Assembly: GCA_947303785.1 (NCBI GenBank)
Contig: CAMYZH010000005.1
Span: 1-50,050 of the forward strand
DNA: 50,050 nucleotides
DNA from: an uncultured Clostridium sp.
GTDB lineage: Bacteria > Bacillota > Clostridia > TANB77 > CAG-508
Direction of reading: 5' to 3'
Position numbers and translations under genes: made by a program. Below the pieces are notes generated by a model, which saw only the letters and a list, made by a program, of their open reading frames with translations, made no database searches and was not told where the DNA came from. Within the stretch, counting starts at the first letter, position 1; the number at the start of each line of letters is the position of its first letter. Shown here piece after piece: positions 37,883-48,128 of the stretch.

Positions 37883-39997
37883 ATGGATCTAATAGGAAGA
37901 ATGCTTGCTAGCAGATATGAATTATTAGAAAAGATTGGCCAAGGGGGAATGGCTACAGTATATAAAACTAAAGATCATGTACTAAATCGTTTTGTTGCGG
38001 TTAAAGTGTTGAAAGAAGAGTTTATTACTGATGTTGAATTTATAAAAAGGTTTAAATCAGAAGCGCAAACAGCTGCAAGCCTTACACATCCCAATATAGT
38101 TTCAATATATGATGTAGGAAATGAAGGCGATGTTTACTACATTGTAATGGAACTAATACAAGGAAAAACCCTAAAAGAAATAATTACTGAAGATGGAAAG
38201 CTATCATGGAAATGGTCAGTAAATATTGCAATACAGATTGCATCTGCATTAGAAACTGCACATAAAAATAGTTTAATACATAGAGATATAAAACCACATA
38301 ATATAATAATTACAGAAGATGGAATGGCAAAAGTTACTGATTTTGGTATAGCTAAAGCTGTTTCAAATTCTACAATAACCGCTTTTGGAACAACAATTGG
38401 ATCAGTACATTATTTTTCACCAGAACATGCAAAAGGTGGTGCTACAGATGCAAAATCTGATATATATTCATTAGGAATTGTAATGTATGAAATGCTTACA
38501 GGCAGAGTACCTTTTGATGCAGATACACCAGTATCTGTTGCATTAATGCAAGTTCAAGAAGAGCCAATCGAACCTAAAAAATTAAATCCACAAATTCCAT
38601 TAAGTGTAAATAATATAATATTAAAAGCTATGCAAAAAGATCCTGAGGATAGGTATCAAAATGCTACAGAGATGCTTATTGATTTGAGTACATCTCTAAA
38701 AAGGCCAGATGATGATTTTGTAAAAATAAATAAAAAATTTGATACAATCCAATCTCAAAAAATATCAACATTATATGATTTAGATGGAAAGACAATTGAA
38801 AAAGACGAGGAAGAAGAAACAAAAAGGCCTACAAAAAAGAAAAAAGAAAAAAGAGGTTTTTTCGGATTTTTGAGAGATCATGTATTAATTTCATTTATTT
38901 TAGTAGCAATACTTATATTTAGTACAGCGCTTGGTGGAACCATATTATTTATGAATTTAAATACATCAAAAGATGTTCAAATTCCTAATCTAGTAAAAAA
39001 TGGAGATGGAAAAAGATATACAGAGTCACAAGCTGTAGAAATATATAATAGAACAGATTTTAAAAAGAAAAATGATTTAAAAATAGAATATGTAGAAGAA
39101 AATACAAGTGGAGAAGAAATACAGCCAGGCCAAGTTATAAGGCAAAATCCTGCATATGTTGCAAATCGAAAAATAAAAGCAAAAGAGCAAATAACAATAT
39201 ATGTTAAAAAAGCTAGAGAAGTAAAAATTATAAAAATGATAGATTTAACTGGAAAAACTAAAGAAGAAGCAGAAGGAGCTCTTAAAGAATTAGGATATAT
39301 TGGAGAAATAAAATATGAAGAAGAATCAAGTGAAAGCCTAAAAGAAGGATTAGTATTAAAACAAAGTATACTAAATGGAATAGAATTTAATGATAATGAT
39401 TCAATTACACTTACAGTTAGTACAGGAAGTGACAAAGTTGAAGTTCCAAATACATTAGGACTACTTGAATCACAAGCTAAAGAAACACTTGAAAATGCTG
39501 GATTTGCCGTAAAAATTGAAAATATAGAAGATGAAAGTAAGACAGATGGAATAGTATTAAAACAAAGCAATACAGATAAAGCTTTACTTGGTGATATAAT
39601 AACACTTACAGTAAATAAAGTTCAAAAGAGTAGTGAAGTAGTGGTTACAGTTGATTTATCGAAATATGTTACAGTTTCTTCACCAGCAAAAACAACACCA
39701 AAAGAAGATGAGAATAAAAATGCTGATGGAAAAACTGAAGATGGAAAAGACTCAGGTAAAGGTAATACTTCTAATGGATCAAGTAAAGAAACTACCCCCG
39801 AAACAGTTACTGCTAAAGTAGAAATAAAGGTAAGTGGAAATAGTGAACCATATGGTGGAGGAAATTATGATGTTACAACAAAACCACAAATAAAAATATA
39901 TGGAAAAGGTGTAAAAGATGTAACATTAGTTATAAATGGAAATTCAAAAGAAACAAGGACAGTTGATTTTAGTAATACAACAACATTAGAATTTTAA
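37883..39997 (+). CDS. prkC: PASTA-domain Ser/Thr kinase (PrkC/PknB)
   Basis: IGQGGMA, HRDIKPHN, DFGIA, TM helix, PASTA repeats. Confidence 0.95.
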   Translation: MDLIGRMLASRYELLEKIGQGGMATVYKTKDHVLNRFVAVKVLKEEFITDVEFIKRFKSEAQTAASLTHPNIVSIYDVGNEGDVYYIVMELIQGKTLKEIITEDGKLSWKWSVNIAIQIASALETAHKNSLIHRDIKPHNIIITEDGMAKVTDFGIAKAVSNSTITAFGTTIGSVHYFSPEHAKGGATDAKSDIYSLGIVMYEMLTGRVPFDADTPVSVALMQVQEEPIEPKKLNPQIPLSVNNIILKAMQKDPEDRYQNATEMLIDLSTSLKRPDDDFVKINKKFDTIQSQKISTLYDLDGKTIEKDEEEETKRPTKKKKEKRGFFGFLRDHVLISFILVAILIFSTALGGTILFMNLNTSKDVQIPNLVKNGDGKRYTESQAVEIYNRTDFKKKNDLKIEYVEENTSGEEIQPGQVIRQNPAYVANRKIKAKEQITIYVKKAREVKIIKMIDLTGKTKEEAEGALKELGYIGEIKYEEESSESLKEGLVLKQSILNGIEFNDNDSITLTVSTGSDKVEVPNTLGLLESQAKETLENAGFAVKIENIEDESKTDGIVLKQSNTDKALLGDIITLTVNKVQKSSEVVVTVDLSKYVTVSSPAKTTPKEDENKNADGKTEDGKDSGKGNTSNGSSKETTPETVTAKVEIKVSGNSEPYGGGNYDVTTKPQIKIYGKGVKDVTLVINGNSKETRTVDFSNTTTLEF

Positions 39998-40009
39998 TAA
40001 ACAATTTTA

Positions 40010-40037
40010 GTAGGACATGAAGCATTTCATGTCCTAC
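40010..40037. other. Perfect 12-bp hairpin between prkC and rpe
   Basis: GTAGGACATGAA-GCAT-TTCATGTCCTAC; no clear U tail on the + strand. Confidence 0.6.
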
Positions 40038-40082
40038 ATTATAGATGTAGCAAAAAACATCATAAAAGAAAGGAAATGCAAA

Positions 40083-40745
40083 ATGGCAGAAGTATCAGTA
40101 ACAGTTTTAGATGTTGAAGAAGAAAATGCACTAAATGTATTTTATAATATAGAAACAGCGAAAATAGATTATTTTCATATTGACGTAATAGATGGTGAAT
40201 TTGCTGAAAATGAAAATGTCTTGAAAATGAGAGATTATACTCTTAAAATTCATAGTATTTCAATGACACCAATAGAAGTACACTTAATGGTAAAAAGACC
40301 AATGGAACACATAGATGATTTTATTGATCTTGGAGCTGATAGAATAATGTTTCATATAGAAACTTGCAAAGATAATAATGAAGCACTAGATATTATAAAA
40401 TATATAATTAGTAATGGCATAAAAGCTGGAATAACTATAAATCCAGATACAGAAGTTGAAAAAATATATGAATTATTACCATTTGTTCATATGGTTTTAG
40501 TTATGTCAGTAATTCCAGGTAAAGGTGGGCAAAAATTTATTGAATCTACATTGTCAAAAATAAGTAAATTAAAACAGTATTGCTATGAAAATGATTTAGA
40601 TATTGATATAGAAGTAGATGGCGGAATAAATGATATTACAGGAAAAGAAGCTGTAGACAGTGGAGCAAATATTTTGGTTTCAGGAAGTTATATCCTAAAT
40701 GCCATTGATTATAAAGAAGCTATAAATAAATTAAAAGAAATATAA
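40083..40745 (+). CDS. rpe: Ribulose-phosphate 3-epimerase
   Basis: HIDVIDG, VHLMV, VMSVIPGKGGQKF, EVDGGI; SD AAGGA before 40083. Confidence 0.92.
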   Translation: MAEVSVTVLDVEEENALNVFYNIETAKIDYFHIDVIDGEFAENENVLKMRDYTLKIHSISMTPIEVHLMVKRPMEHIDDFIDLGADRIMFHIETCKDNNEALDIIKYIISNGIKAGITINPDTEVEKIYELLPFVHMVLVMSVIPGKGGQKFIESTLSKISKLKQYCYENDLDIDIEVDGGINDITGKEAVDSGANILVSGSYILNAIDYKEAINKLKEI

Positions 40746-40761
40746 AGGAGTTTTACCTAAT

Positions 40762-41832
40762 ATGAAAAGAAAATTTATTTTTTGCATTTTAATTGCAATT
40801 ATTTTAGTTGTAACTGTTTCAAGTGCTGCGTTTGCAACAGATACTGAAATTTTGAATTTAGAATCTGAAGTATCAAGCAAAATAATAAATCGTAATATCT
40901 ATAATGTGGATAATTTAATTGAAATTAGCAATGAAGTTGTAAATGGTAGTATTTATCTTGTAGGTGAAAAGGTAAATATAAAAGATGAGACAATCAATGG
41001 AGACATATATATTTGCGCAGATGAATTAACTATTGACAAAAACACAGTAATAAACGGAAATTGCTTTATTGTAGCACTAGACGCGAAAATTGATGGCAAT
41101 CTAAAAAGAGATTTGTTTATTGCAGCTAAAGAAATAAATTTAAGTGAATCTAGTCAAGTAGGGTATGATATGAATGTTGCTGGAGAACATGTAATTCTTG
41201 GTGGAACATTTATGAGAGATGTAAATGGAACAATGAGTATTTTAGAAATAATGGATACTACTAAAATATTTGGGCAATTAAATTATTCATCAGAAAATGA
41301 AGCAACAATTTCAGATAAAGCAGAAGTTGAAACAATAAACTTTGAAAAAAAGATTAAAGAAAAAAAGAAAGTAATAGATATAGTTATTGATTATGTTTTA
41401 AGTTTTACAAAATACTTTGTATTTACTATGGTATTTATGATTGTAGTAATTAAATTACTTCCAAGATATTTAGAAAAAATGGCTTCATATGTCAATGTTA
41501 GCTCATTTGGAACTGGCATAATTTCATTAATTATTGTTCCAGTATTTTTAGTTTTATTATTACTATTAAAAGTTACATCTTATGTATCTTTTGCAATACT
41601 TACATTATTCATATTATTACTATTAATTTCACTAGCTGTTTCAAATGTTGCAGTTGGAAAATTAATAGAAAATAAACATGGAAAAAGAAAATTACCTATA
41701 TGGACAGCATTAATTACACTAATAACCTGGATTATGTTCCAAATACCAGTTGCTGGTGGAATTGTAGCCTTTATTTGGATTATGTTAGGTTTAGGTATTT
41801 CTATAAGATATATTTTTTCAAGAAAAAAATAA
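40762..41832 (+). CDS. Beta-helix repeat plus multi-TM membrane protein (polymer-forming cytoskeletal-like)
   Basis: Signal peptide; repeated INGDIYI/INGNCFI/IDGNL; five C-terminal TM helices. Confidence 0.65.
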   Translation: MKRKFIFCILIAIILVVTVSSAAFATDTEILNLESEVSSKIINRNIYNVDNLIEISNEVVNGSIYLVGEKVNIKDETINGDIYICADELTIDKNTVINGNCFIVALDAKIDGNLKRDLFIAAKEINLSESSQVGYDMNVAGEHVILGGTFMRDVNGTMSILEIMDTTKIFGQLNYSSENEATISDKAEVETINFEKKIKEKKKVIDIVIDYVLSFTKYFVFTMVFMIVVIKLLPRYLEKMASYVNVSSFGTGIISLIIVPVFLVLLLLLKVTSYVSFAILTLFILLLLISLAVSNVAVGKLIENKHGKRKLPIWTALITLITWIMFQIPVAGGIVAFIWIMLGLGISIRYIFSRKK

Positions 41833-41855
41833 TTAATAAAAATGTAATTAAAAGA

Positions 41856-41888
41856 AAGGCAGTTTCATTTTATATATGAAACCGCCTT
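41856..41888. terminator. Bidirectional terminator between convergent genes
   Basis: AAGGCAGTTTCA-9nt-TGAAACCGCCTT flanked by A/T runs. Confidence 0.65.
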
Positions 41889-41891
41889 CTT

Positions 41892-42017
41892 TTAATTTTT
41901 TTCCTCATAATATATGCAATCACTATTTGTACTTAAAGTTTTTGTTGTAACTTGATCAAAATTACAAAAACCATTATTTTGATAAATACAATTATTTGAA
42001 CATTGAATATTTGTCAA
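41892..42017 (-). CDS. Small Cys-rich protein (41 aa)
   Basis: SD GAGGTG, TTG start: MTNIQCSNNCIYQNNGFCNFDQVTTKTLSTNSDCIYYEEKN. Confidence 0.65.
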   Translation of the reverse strand: MTNIQCSNNCIYQNNGFCNFDQVTTKTLSTNSDCIYYEEKN

Positions 42018-42045
42018 AGCACATATCACCTCTTCTTAAAAGATA

Positions 42046-42690
42046 TTATATGCAATTTTTGTTTTTATATTCATTACAATAATTTGTTATAGGGCATTTA
42101 TCACATTTAGGAGATCTTGCCATGCAAGTATATCTTCCATGCCAAACAAATAAATGATTTACATCAACCCAATCTTTTTTGTTAAACTGTTTTAAAAGAT
42201 CTTGCTCGACTTTTTCAGGTTCTTTTTGATTAGAAAAACCAATTTTGCAGGAAATGCGCCTGCAATGTGTATCTACTGCAATCCCTTGAGCATCGTTAAA
42301 TGCTTCAAGCATAATAACATTTGCACTTTTACGGCCAATTCCAGGAAGCCTCATCAATTGTTCCATATTATTTGGTACAATTGAATTATATTCATTGACT
42401 ATCATTTTGCTACAAGCTAGCGCATTTTTTGCTTTATTTTTATAAAAGCCACAAGGATGAATTATTTCTTCTAATTTTTTAATATCCATTTTTGCCATTT
42501 TTTCAGGTGTTCCATAGTCTTTGAAAAGAAGTGGAGTAGTTTTATTTACTCTTTCATCAGTGCATTGCGCAGAGAGCATTACAGCAATGACGATTTGAAA
42601 TGGCGTTTCAAAATTTAAGCTACATGTTGCATCTGGATAAAATTTACGTAATATATTTAGTATAGTTAATGCTTCTTTTTTATTTTTCAT
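42046..42690 (-). CDS. nth: Endonuclease III
   Basis: LSAQCTDERVN, LPGIGRKSAN, VDTH, C-X6-C-X2-C-X5-C cluster. Confidence 0.96.
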   Translation of the reverse strand: MKNKKEALTILNILRKFYPDATCSLNFETPFQIVIAVMLSAQCTDERVNKTTPLLFKDYGTPEKMAKMDIKKLEEIIHPCGFYKNKAKNALACSKMIVNEYNSIVPNNMEQLMRLPGIGRKSANVIMLEAFNDAQGIAVDTHCRRISCKIGFSNQKEPEKVEQDLLKQFNKKDWVDVNHLFVWHGRYTCMARSPKCDKCPITNYCNEYKNKNCI

Positions 42691-42771
42691 ATATTCTCCA
42701 ATTTGTTATTTTATTGAACATAATTATATACTAAAACATAGAATATATAAAGATGTTGGGAGGTAAAAATA

Positions 42772-42924
42772 ATGTTTAAAGGTTTAAAGAAAACTTTTGG
42801 AGTAAGTTTAATTGGATTTGGAGTGGGAACAATTTTGGTATTATTACTCCCAGTAACGTGGTGGCTTATAATTATTGGAGTAGCAATGATTCTGATGGGA
42901 TTTGTGTGGCTATTTAATGGATAG
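42772..42924 (+). CDS. Small two-TM membrane protein (50 aa)
   Basis: SD GGAGG; MFKGLKKTFGVSLIGFGVGTILVLLLPVTWWLIIIGVAMILMGFVWLFNG. Confidence 0.7.
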   Translation: MFKGLKKTFGVSLIGFGVGTILVLLLPVTWWLIIIGVAMILMGFVWLFNG

Positions 42925-42957
42925 ATTTTAAGTTAAAAAGAAAAGGATGTGATTTGC

Positions 42958-43032
42958 ATGAAAGTTGTTGTAAAAAAATCTCCAAAGTTTTTGAGTGGAT
43001 TTTTAAAATTAATATTTGGAATAAAAAAATAA
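42958..43032 (+). CDS. spoVM: Stage V sporulation protein SpoVM (24 aa)
   Basis: MKVVVKKSPKFLSGFLKLIFGIKK with Pro9 and PKFL; convergent with rpmB as in Bacillus. Confidence 0.8.
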   Translation: MKVVVKKSPKFLSGFLKLIFGIKK

Positions 43033-43101
43033 CATATTACAATTATTATACATGATTACTATAAAAGCGAGACAATTATATTTATATTTTTAGAAAAGAA
43101 A

Positions 43102-43155
43102 AAGGAACGCTTAATTTTACAAATCATATTGATATTGCAAAATTAAACGTTCCTT
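43102..43155. terminator. Hairpin between convergent spoVM and rpmB
   Basis: AAGGAACGCTTAATTTT...AAAATTAAACGTTCCTT imperfect inverted repeat. Confidence 0.6.
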
Positions 43156-43186
43156 GATTTTACATGTAAAACGTTTATTTAATATA

Positions 43187-43384
43187 CTAAGCTCTAACTA
43201 CTTTTCCAGAACGTAGGCACTTAGAACATACTTCTATTCTTTTTGGTTGTCCATCAACTATAGCTTTAACTTTTCTTAAATTAGCTCTAAAAGTTCTTGT
43301 AGATCTTTTACTAATGTGAGAACGAGTGATACTTAATTGATTTCCAAAATTTACGCTTTTACCGCAAACTGCACATTTTGCCAT
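43187..43384 (-). CDS. rpmB: 50S ribosomal protein L28
   Basis: MAKCAVCGK...R.FRANL...VCSKCLRSGKV; SD GGAGG. Confidence 0.95.
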   Translation of the reverse strand: MAKCAVCGKSVNFGNQLSITRSHISKRSTRTFRANLRKVKAIVDGQPKRIEVCSKCLRSGKVVRA

Positions 43385-43485
43385 GACTTCATGCACCTCC
43401 ATTTACTTTATTTAAACTGACTAGTATTTAATATAGCACAGTTTTTTCAAAAAAACAAGTGGTTTGAAGAAAAAAGTATTATATT

Positions 43486-44152
43486 TCAGCGTAAGTGGTC
43501 TTTTGCAGATTCCTCTACTACTGAAGGTGGAATACCAAAAGCAATAGAACATTCCTTAAATCCTTCTTCTTTTAATTTATTTTTTATTTCTTTTACTCGT
43601 GCTTGAATTTCTGGTGTTGTAAGATATCCGGTTTGTATATCATATGCAACAATTGTTTTGTCTTCATGTAGGCAGGGTATTATGTGCTTTGTATTTATTA
43701 TACTACCTGATAGACTTTCAAAAAATATATTATCTTGTGAGAATATATCTCCTTCTGCAAGTATTATACTTTCAAGAGGCAGACTTTTAAATTCTGCTCC
43801 ACAAAGTCTTGCAATTGCCTCAAAATCAATCATATCTTGTGAGAATTCTTGTTGTAATTTATCACTAGGTTGGCAGAGACCATATTCTTGTAGTTTTTCA
43901 TATACTTTGGCAGATGAGGTACAAAAATCAGATTTGCCATTTATTGAAAGATTATAAATACAGATTTCTCTTATAGGATAGAGTATAGCTTGTCCGTTAG
44001 GTAAAGTAAATACACATTCCCCAGCAAAGTATTTATTAAATTTTTCTCTTTCAGAATTTTCAAGAACAGGTTCTACGTTTGTATTTAGTGTTTTTCCGAG
44101 TATGTGATTTTGGTACTTCTTTAAAATATGTTGTTAAAATTTTTTCTGCCAT
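43486..44152 (-). CDS. Hypothetical protein (~221 aa) with +1 shift at CGG (44098-44096)
   Basis: SD GGAGG + ATG 44152, 18 codons to CGG, then a 203-codon open +1 frame that contains the listed ORF 43486-43833. Confidence 0.65.
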
Positions 44153-44304
44153 ATTACCTCCAAATTTTTTTTTAATTATACCATAAATAAATATATTTGA
44201 TAAAATTATTTAAAAAATAATGCTAAATTTATATCATATAAAAAATTATAGACACTTTTTTTTATAAATGATAGAATTTATTTATAAAGATAATAGAGGT
44301 ATAT

Positions 44305-45321
44305 ATGAAGAAAAAATATTTATTATTAATTATATTAATTACTGTTATAATATTTGGACTTGCTTTTTTAGGAATTAGAATACATATGTCTAAAATTAAT
44401 AAAGAAGAGATAGATAAAAGTATACATGGAATTGTTATAAGTGATGATGTCCCTTTTTACAAAAAGGCAGAAAAAGAAAATGTTAAACAAATAAAATTAC
44501 TTTCTAAAGGTGAACAAGTATATATTTTAGATGAATTTGAGTCAGATGATATTGAATGGTATAAAATAAAAGTAGATGGAAAAATAAATGGATATGTTAG
44601 AGCAGAATATGTTCAATATTATAAGGAAATAAATTCCGAAAAATCTTTAGTTGTAGATGTTTCACAATTTAATAAAGAAAAAAATTTTGATGATATGAAT
44701 GACTTTGAAGTTTTTTTATTAAAAAATAAAATTAGTTATGTATATATTCGAGCTGGTGGGAGAGGATATGGTTCTAAAGGAAATTTTTATTATGATAAAA
44801 ACTATGAAGAATATATACAAGCTTGTGAATATTTAAAAATTCCATATGGTTTCTATTTTTTAGATGAAGCTTTAAATGATGAAGAAATTGAAGAAGAGGT
44901 TGAATTTATTAAAAAATTTTTAAAGGAAAATAGTGGGAAACATTGTATTTTGCCTGTTGCATTAGATGTTGAAAAACATGATGGAGTAGGAAGAGCTGAT
45001 AATATTTGGGAGAAGAGGTCTGAATTAGTTCAGAAATTAATTAATAGGTTAAATGAAGAAAATATAAACAATATATTATATACAAATGCTCAAACAGCAA
45101 ATTTATATTTGAGTGATTTAAAAACAAAATTCTGGATTGCTTATTATCCTGAAGAAGGAAAAATTCCAACTTATTGGTATTTTGATACAAATCAAGATGG
45201 AGCATCAAATTCTAGAATGCAAAAAAACACTATTGGCTGGCAATTTACAGAACATGGAGCTGGTGATGAGGTGTCAGAAGATATTGATTTATCACTTTTT
45301 GTAAAGGATTTTTATAAATAA
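44305..45321 (+). CDS. SH3 domain + GH25 lysozyme-like cell wall hydrolase
   Basis: TM anchor, WYKI...GYV (SH3b), VDVSQ, YIRAGGRGY, LDVE, WQFT, DIDLS. Confidence 0.82.
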   Translation: MKKKYLLLIILITVIIFGLAFLGIRIHMSKINKEEIDKSIHGIVISDDVPFYKKAEKENVKQIKLLSKGEQVYILDEFESDDIEWYKIKVDGKINGYVRAEYVQYYKEINSEKSLVVDVSQFNKEKNFDDMNDFEVFLLKNKISYVYIRAGGRGYGSKGNFYYDKNYEEYIQACEYLKIPYGFYFLDEALNDEEIEEEVEFIKKFLKENSGKHCILPVALDVEKHDGVGRADNIWEKRSELVQKLINRLNEENINNILYTNAQTANLYLSDLKTKFWIAYYPEEGKIPTYWYFDTNQDGASNSRMQKNTIGWQFTEHGAGDEVSEDIDLSLFVKDFYK

Positions 45322-45412
45322 AAAAATATACAATTTAATTGAAAGTATATAAAATGTAATACTTTTTTTAAAAATGAATATACATAGAAAAAGAAAGGAC
45401 GGATTTAGAGAT

Positions 45413-46621
45413 ATGAGAAGAAAAATCTGTATTGTTTTTTTATGTATATTTTTATTTTTTTTAAATACATGTAAGGCAACATATATTACAATTCCTACAT
45501 GGTCTGAAAATAGCTTGGTTGAAGTATCAAGTGGTAATATAGGAGAAAATTTCTTAGAACTTAATTGTGAGTCTGCAATTTTGATTTCACAAGATACAGG
45601 TGAAGTTTTATATGAACATAATAGTCATGAAAAGCTAAGACCAGCAAGTGTTACAAAGGTGATGACAATATTGCTTATAATGGAAGAAATTGATTCTGGA
45701 AGATTATCTTATAATGATAAGGTCACTTGTAGTGAAAATGCTTCTAAAATGGGAGGTTCACAAATTTGGCTTGATCCTACAGAAGAACTAACTGTAGATG
45801 AAATGTTAAAAGCAATATGTGTTGTATCTGCTAATGATTGCACTGTAGCAATGGCAGAACATATTGCTGGAAGTGAAGAACTATTTGTTGAAAGAATGAA
45901 TCAAAGAGCTAAAGAACTTGGAATGAATGATACTAACTTTAAAAACTGCCACGGAATTGATGAAGATGGCCATGAGACATCAAGTTTTGATATATCACTT
46001 ATGTCTAGAGAATTACTTTTAAACCATCCAGATATAAAAAAATATACTACTATTTGGATGGATTCGCTAAGAAATGGAGAATCAGAACTTGTTAATACTA
46101 ATAAATTAATAAAAAATTATCAAGGAGCAACTGGGCTTAAAACTGGTTCAACTTCACTAGCATTATTTAATTTATCAGCTAGTGCTACAAGAGATGATTT
46201 ATCACTAATTGCTGTTATTATGAGAGCTCCTACAACAAAAGATAGATTTAGTTGCGCGAGAAAACTATTAGATTATGGATTTAGTAATTATGAATATAAA
46301 AAATTTGCGACTAAAGATGAGGACGTTTTGAAAGTACAAATTGCCAAAGGTTTAGAAAATGAAGTTAGTGTAAAATATTTAAATAATGCTGGAAAAGTTA
46401 TGGAAAAAAAGAGCGATTCAAATTTCGAACAAGAAATAATTATGAATCAAAATATTGTAGCACCAATAAAAAAAGGGGAAATTCTTGGAAGAGTGAATTT
46501 TAAAATTGATGGGGAAATAGTTGGGTATAGTGATTTAGTTGCAACAAAAAATATTGAAAAGATAGGAATTTTTTCTATGGGAAATATGATATTAAAAAAA
46601 TGGTTTTATTTATTTAGATAA
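45413..46621 (+). CDS. dacF: D-alanyl-D-alanine carboxypeptidase (DacF-like)
   Basis: PASVTK (SxxK), SAND, LKTG, MGGSQIWL, PBP5 C-terminal domain. Confidence 0.85.
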   Translation: MRRKICIVFLCIFLFFLNTCKATYITIPTWSENSLVEVSSGNIGENFLELNCESAILISQDTGEVLYEHNSHEKLRPASVTKVMTILLIMEEIDSGRLSYNDKVTCSENASKMGGSQIWLDPTEELTVDEMLKAICVVSANDCTVAMAEHIAGSEELFVERMNQRAKELGMNDTNFKNCHGIDEDGHETSSFDISLMSRELLLNHPDIKKYTTIWMDSLRNGESELVNTNKLIKNYQGATGLKTGSTSLALFNLSASATRDDLSLIAVIMRAPTTKDRFSCARKLLDYGFSNYEYKKFATKDEDVLKVQIAKGLENEVSVKYLNNAGKVMEKKSDSNFEQEIIMNQNIVAPIKKGEILGRVNFKIDGEIVGYSDLVATKNIEKIGIFSMGNMILKKWFYLFR

Positions 46622-46626
46622 TAAAA

Positions 46627-46655
46627 TTGCAATAACAAAATTTTAGTATTATAAT
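46627..46655 (+). promoter_or_regulatory. sigma-A-like promoter
   Basis: TTGCAA-17bp-TATAAT. Confidence 0.55.
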
Positions 46656-46685
46656 TGGAATGTAAATAAAAAATGGGGTGATTGT

Positions 46686-48002
46686 ATGAAGAAAAAGTTT
46701 TTATTTGCATTTTTTATAATTATGATAATTGCTGCAATTGGAATAGTGATTGTTGCGATTAAACAAAAGGATGATAATGATAATGACAGATCATTAGTAA
46801 CAGATATAAAGAACCTAGCTAAGTCAATTTATGATTTTGGAAATACACCATTATCTTATAATGATATAAGTTATTCAAATGACAATACATTTTATTTAGA
46901 TGATGAAAACATGTATGTTAAAGATGATGTAGGAACATGGAGATATGTTGATGGAGATTTTTCTTCTATGGGAATATGGAATTACCCTGAAGGAACATAT
47001 CAATCAAAACCTAATATTGGAGGAGTATATTTTTATTATAAAACAAATGATGGAGATGTATTTTATACAAGGTCTGAAAACTATGATGATTGGGAAAAAG
47101 TAAATTTGACAGAAGAAGCGGGAGTTCCAAAATATTCAACAGTTCAATATATAAGAATATATGGAAATTACGGTTTAATTTTTTATACAAGAGCTGGAGG
47201 AAAAGGAGAGATAATAACTACAAGCTCTCAAGGGAAAAAATGGGAAAAACTTAATTTGGATTTTGAATTAGATAGAAATACGCAAATTACTTTTTTAAAT
47301 AATTTTGGAATGTGTGTTGATGGTTTTATTAGAGTTCCAAGCTCAGATGGAGAAAAATGTGATTTATATATGTGTAATCAGTTGGGGTTAGATGATTTTA
47401 AAAAAGTTAATGTTAAAACAAATCAAGGTGTTGACCAATCATTAGACTATTATTATATGCCAGAGTATTATGATGATATGACTATACATTTAAAAGTTGG
47501 TAGAGATGAAGCAGATTTAGATACTGAAAATTTTGTGTTTGAACCAAGTATGAAAGAATGGATTACAGAGGAATCTTATGCAAATCGAAAGGCTTCAAAA
47601 TTATTTGAAAATAATGTGATAGAAGATAAAAGAAATAAAATGATAGAAAATCTAGAAGAGAAAGTATTTGTATTAGATATTAAAAATTATGCTCCAGATT
47701 CTGATAAAATTCAAATATCTGAAAACAAGGCAAAAGAAATTGCTCAAATAGGTTTTACAGAATCAGCTTTGAGAATTGCTGGAGAAGGAACTGAAAATAA
47801 AAAAAGTGAAACTATAAAAGTTGAAGAAGTATATCCTAATAATTATTTTACTAGAAAGAGTAGAGAAGCTGATTATACTAATTTCGCGGTAAAAAGAACA
47901 GCTTATGTTATTACAAGAACAAACGATATGGGAAATGGGGTATCAATTTTTGTTGATGCAACTACTGGTTTAATTATTGGTGGAAAAGCTTTTGGCGATT
48001 AG
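46686..48002 (+). CDS. Hypothetical exported protein (possible beta-propeller + PepSY-like C-terminus)
   Basis: N-terminal TM; BNR-like TSSQGKKW; ISENKAKEIA...IFVDATTGLIIG. Confidence 0.55.
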   Translation: MKKKFLFAFFIIMIIAAIGIVIVAIKQKDDNDNDRSLVTDIKNLAKSIYDFGNTPLSYNDISYSNDNTFYLDDENMYVKDDVGTWRYVDGDFSSMGIWNYPEGTYQSKPNIGGVYFYYKTNDGDVFYTRSENYDDWEKVNLTEEAGVPKYSTVQYIRIYGNYGLIFYTRAGGKGEIITTSSQGKKWEKLNLDFELDRNTQITFLNNFGMCVDGFIRVPSSDGEKCDLYMCNQLGLDDFKKVNVKTNQGVDQSLDYYYMPEYYDDMTIHLKVGRDEADLDTENFVFEPSMKEWITEESYANRKASKLFENNVIEDKRNKMIENLEEKVFVLDIKNYAPDSDKIQISENKAKEIAQIGFTESALRIAGEGTENKKSETIKVEEVYPNNYFTRKSREADYTNFAVKRTAYVITRTNDMGNGVSIFVDATTGLIIGGKAFGD

Positions 48003-48012
48003 ATTTCAAAGT

Positions 48013-48106
48013 GGAGAAGTATCGAAGTGGTCATAACGAGGCTGACTCGAAATCAGTTTGTCAGTTTTTAGCTGGCACGTGGGTTCGAATCCCACCTTCT
48101 CCGCCA
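48013..48106 (+). tRNA. tRNA-Ser (anticodon CGA)
   Basis: GGAGAAG acceptor, GCTGA-CTCGAAA-TCAGT anticodon arm, long variable arm, GGTTCGAATCC, CCA end. Confidence 0.95.
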
Positions 48107-48128
48107 CAAAATATTGATATTACAGTGA

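Noticed and set aside
48013..48106. tRNA with CGA anticodon as an Arg or CGG-related tRNA
   Set aside because: Anticodon CGA reads TCG; the long variable arm and G discriminator indicate ordinary tRNA-Ser.
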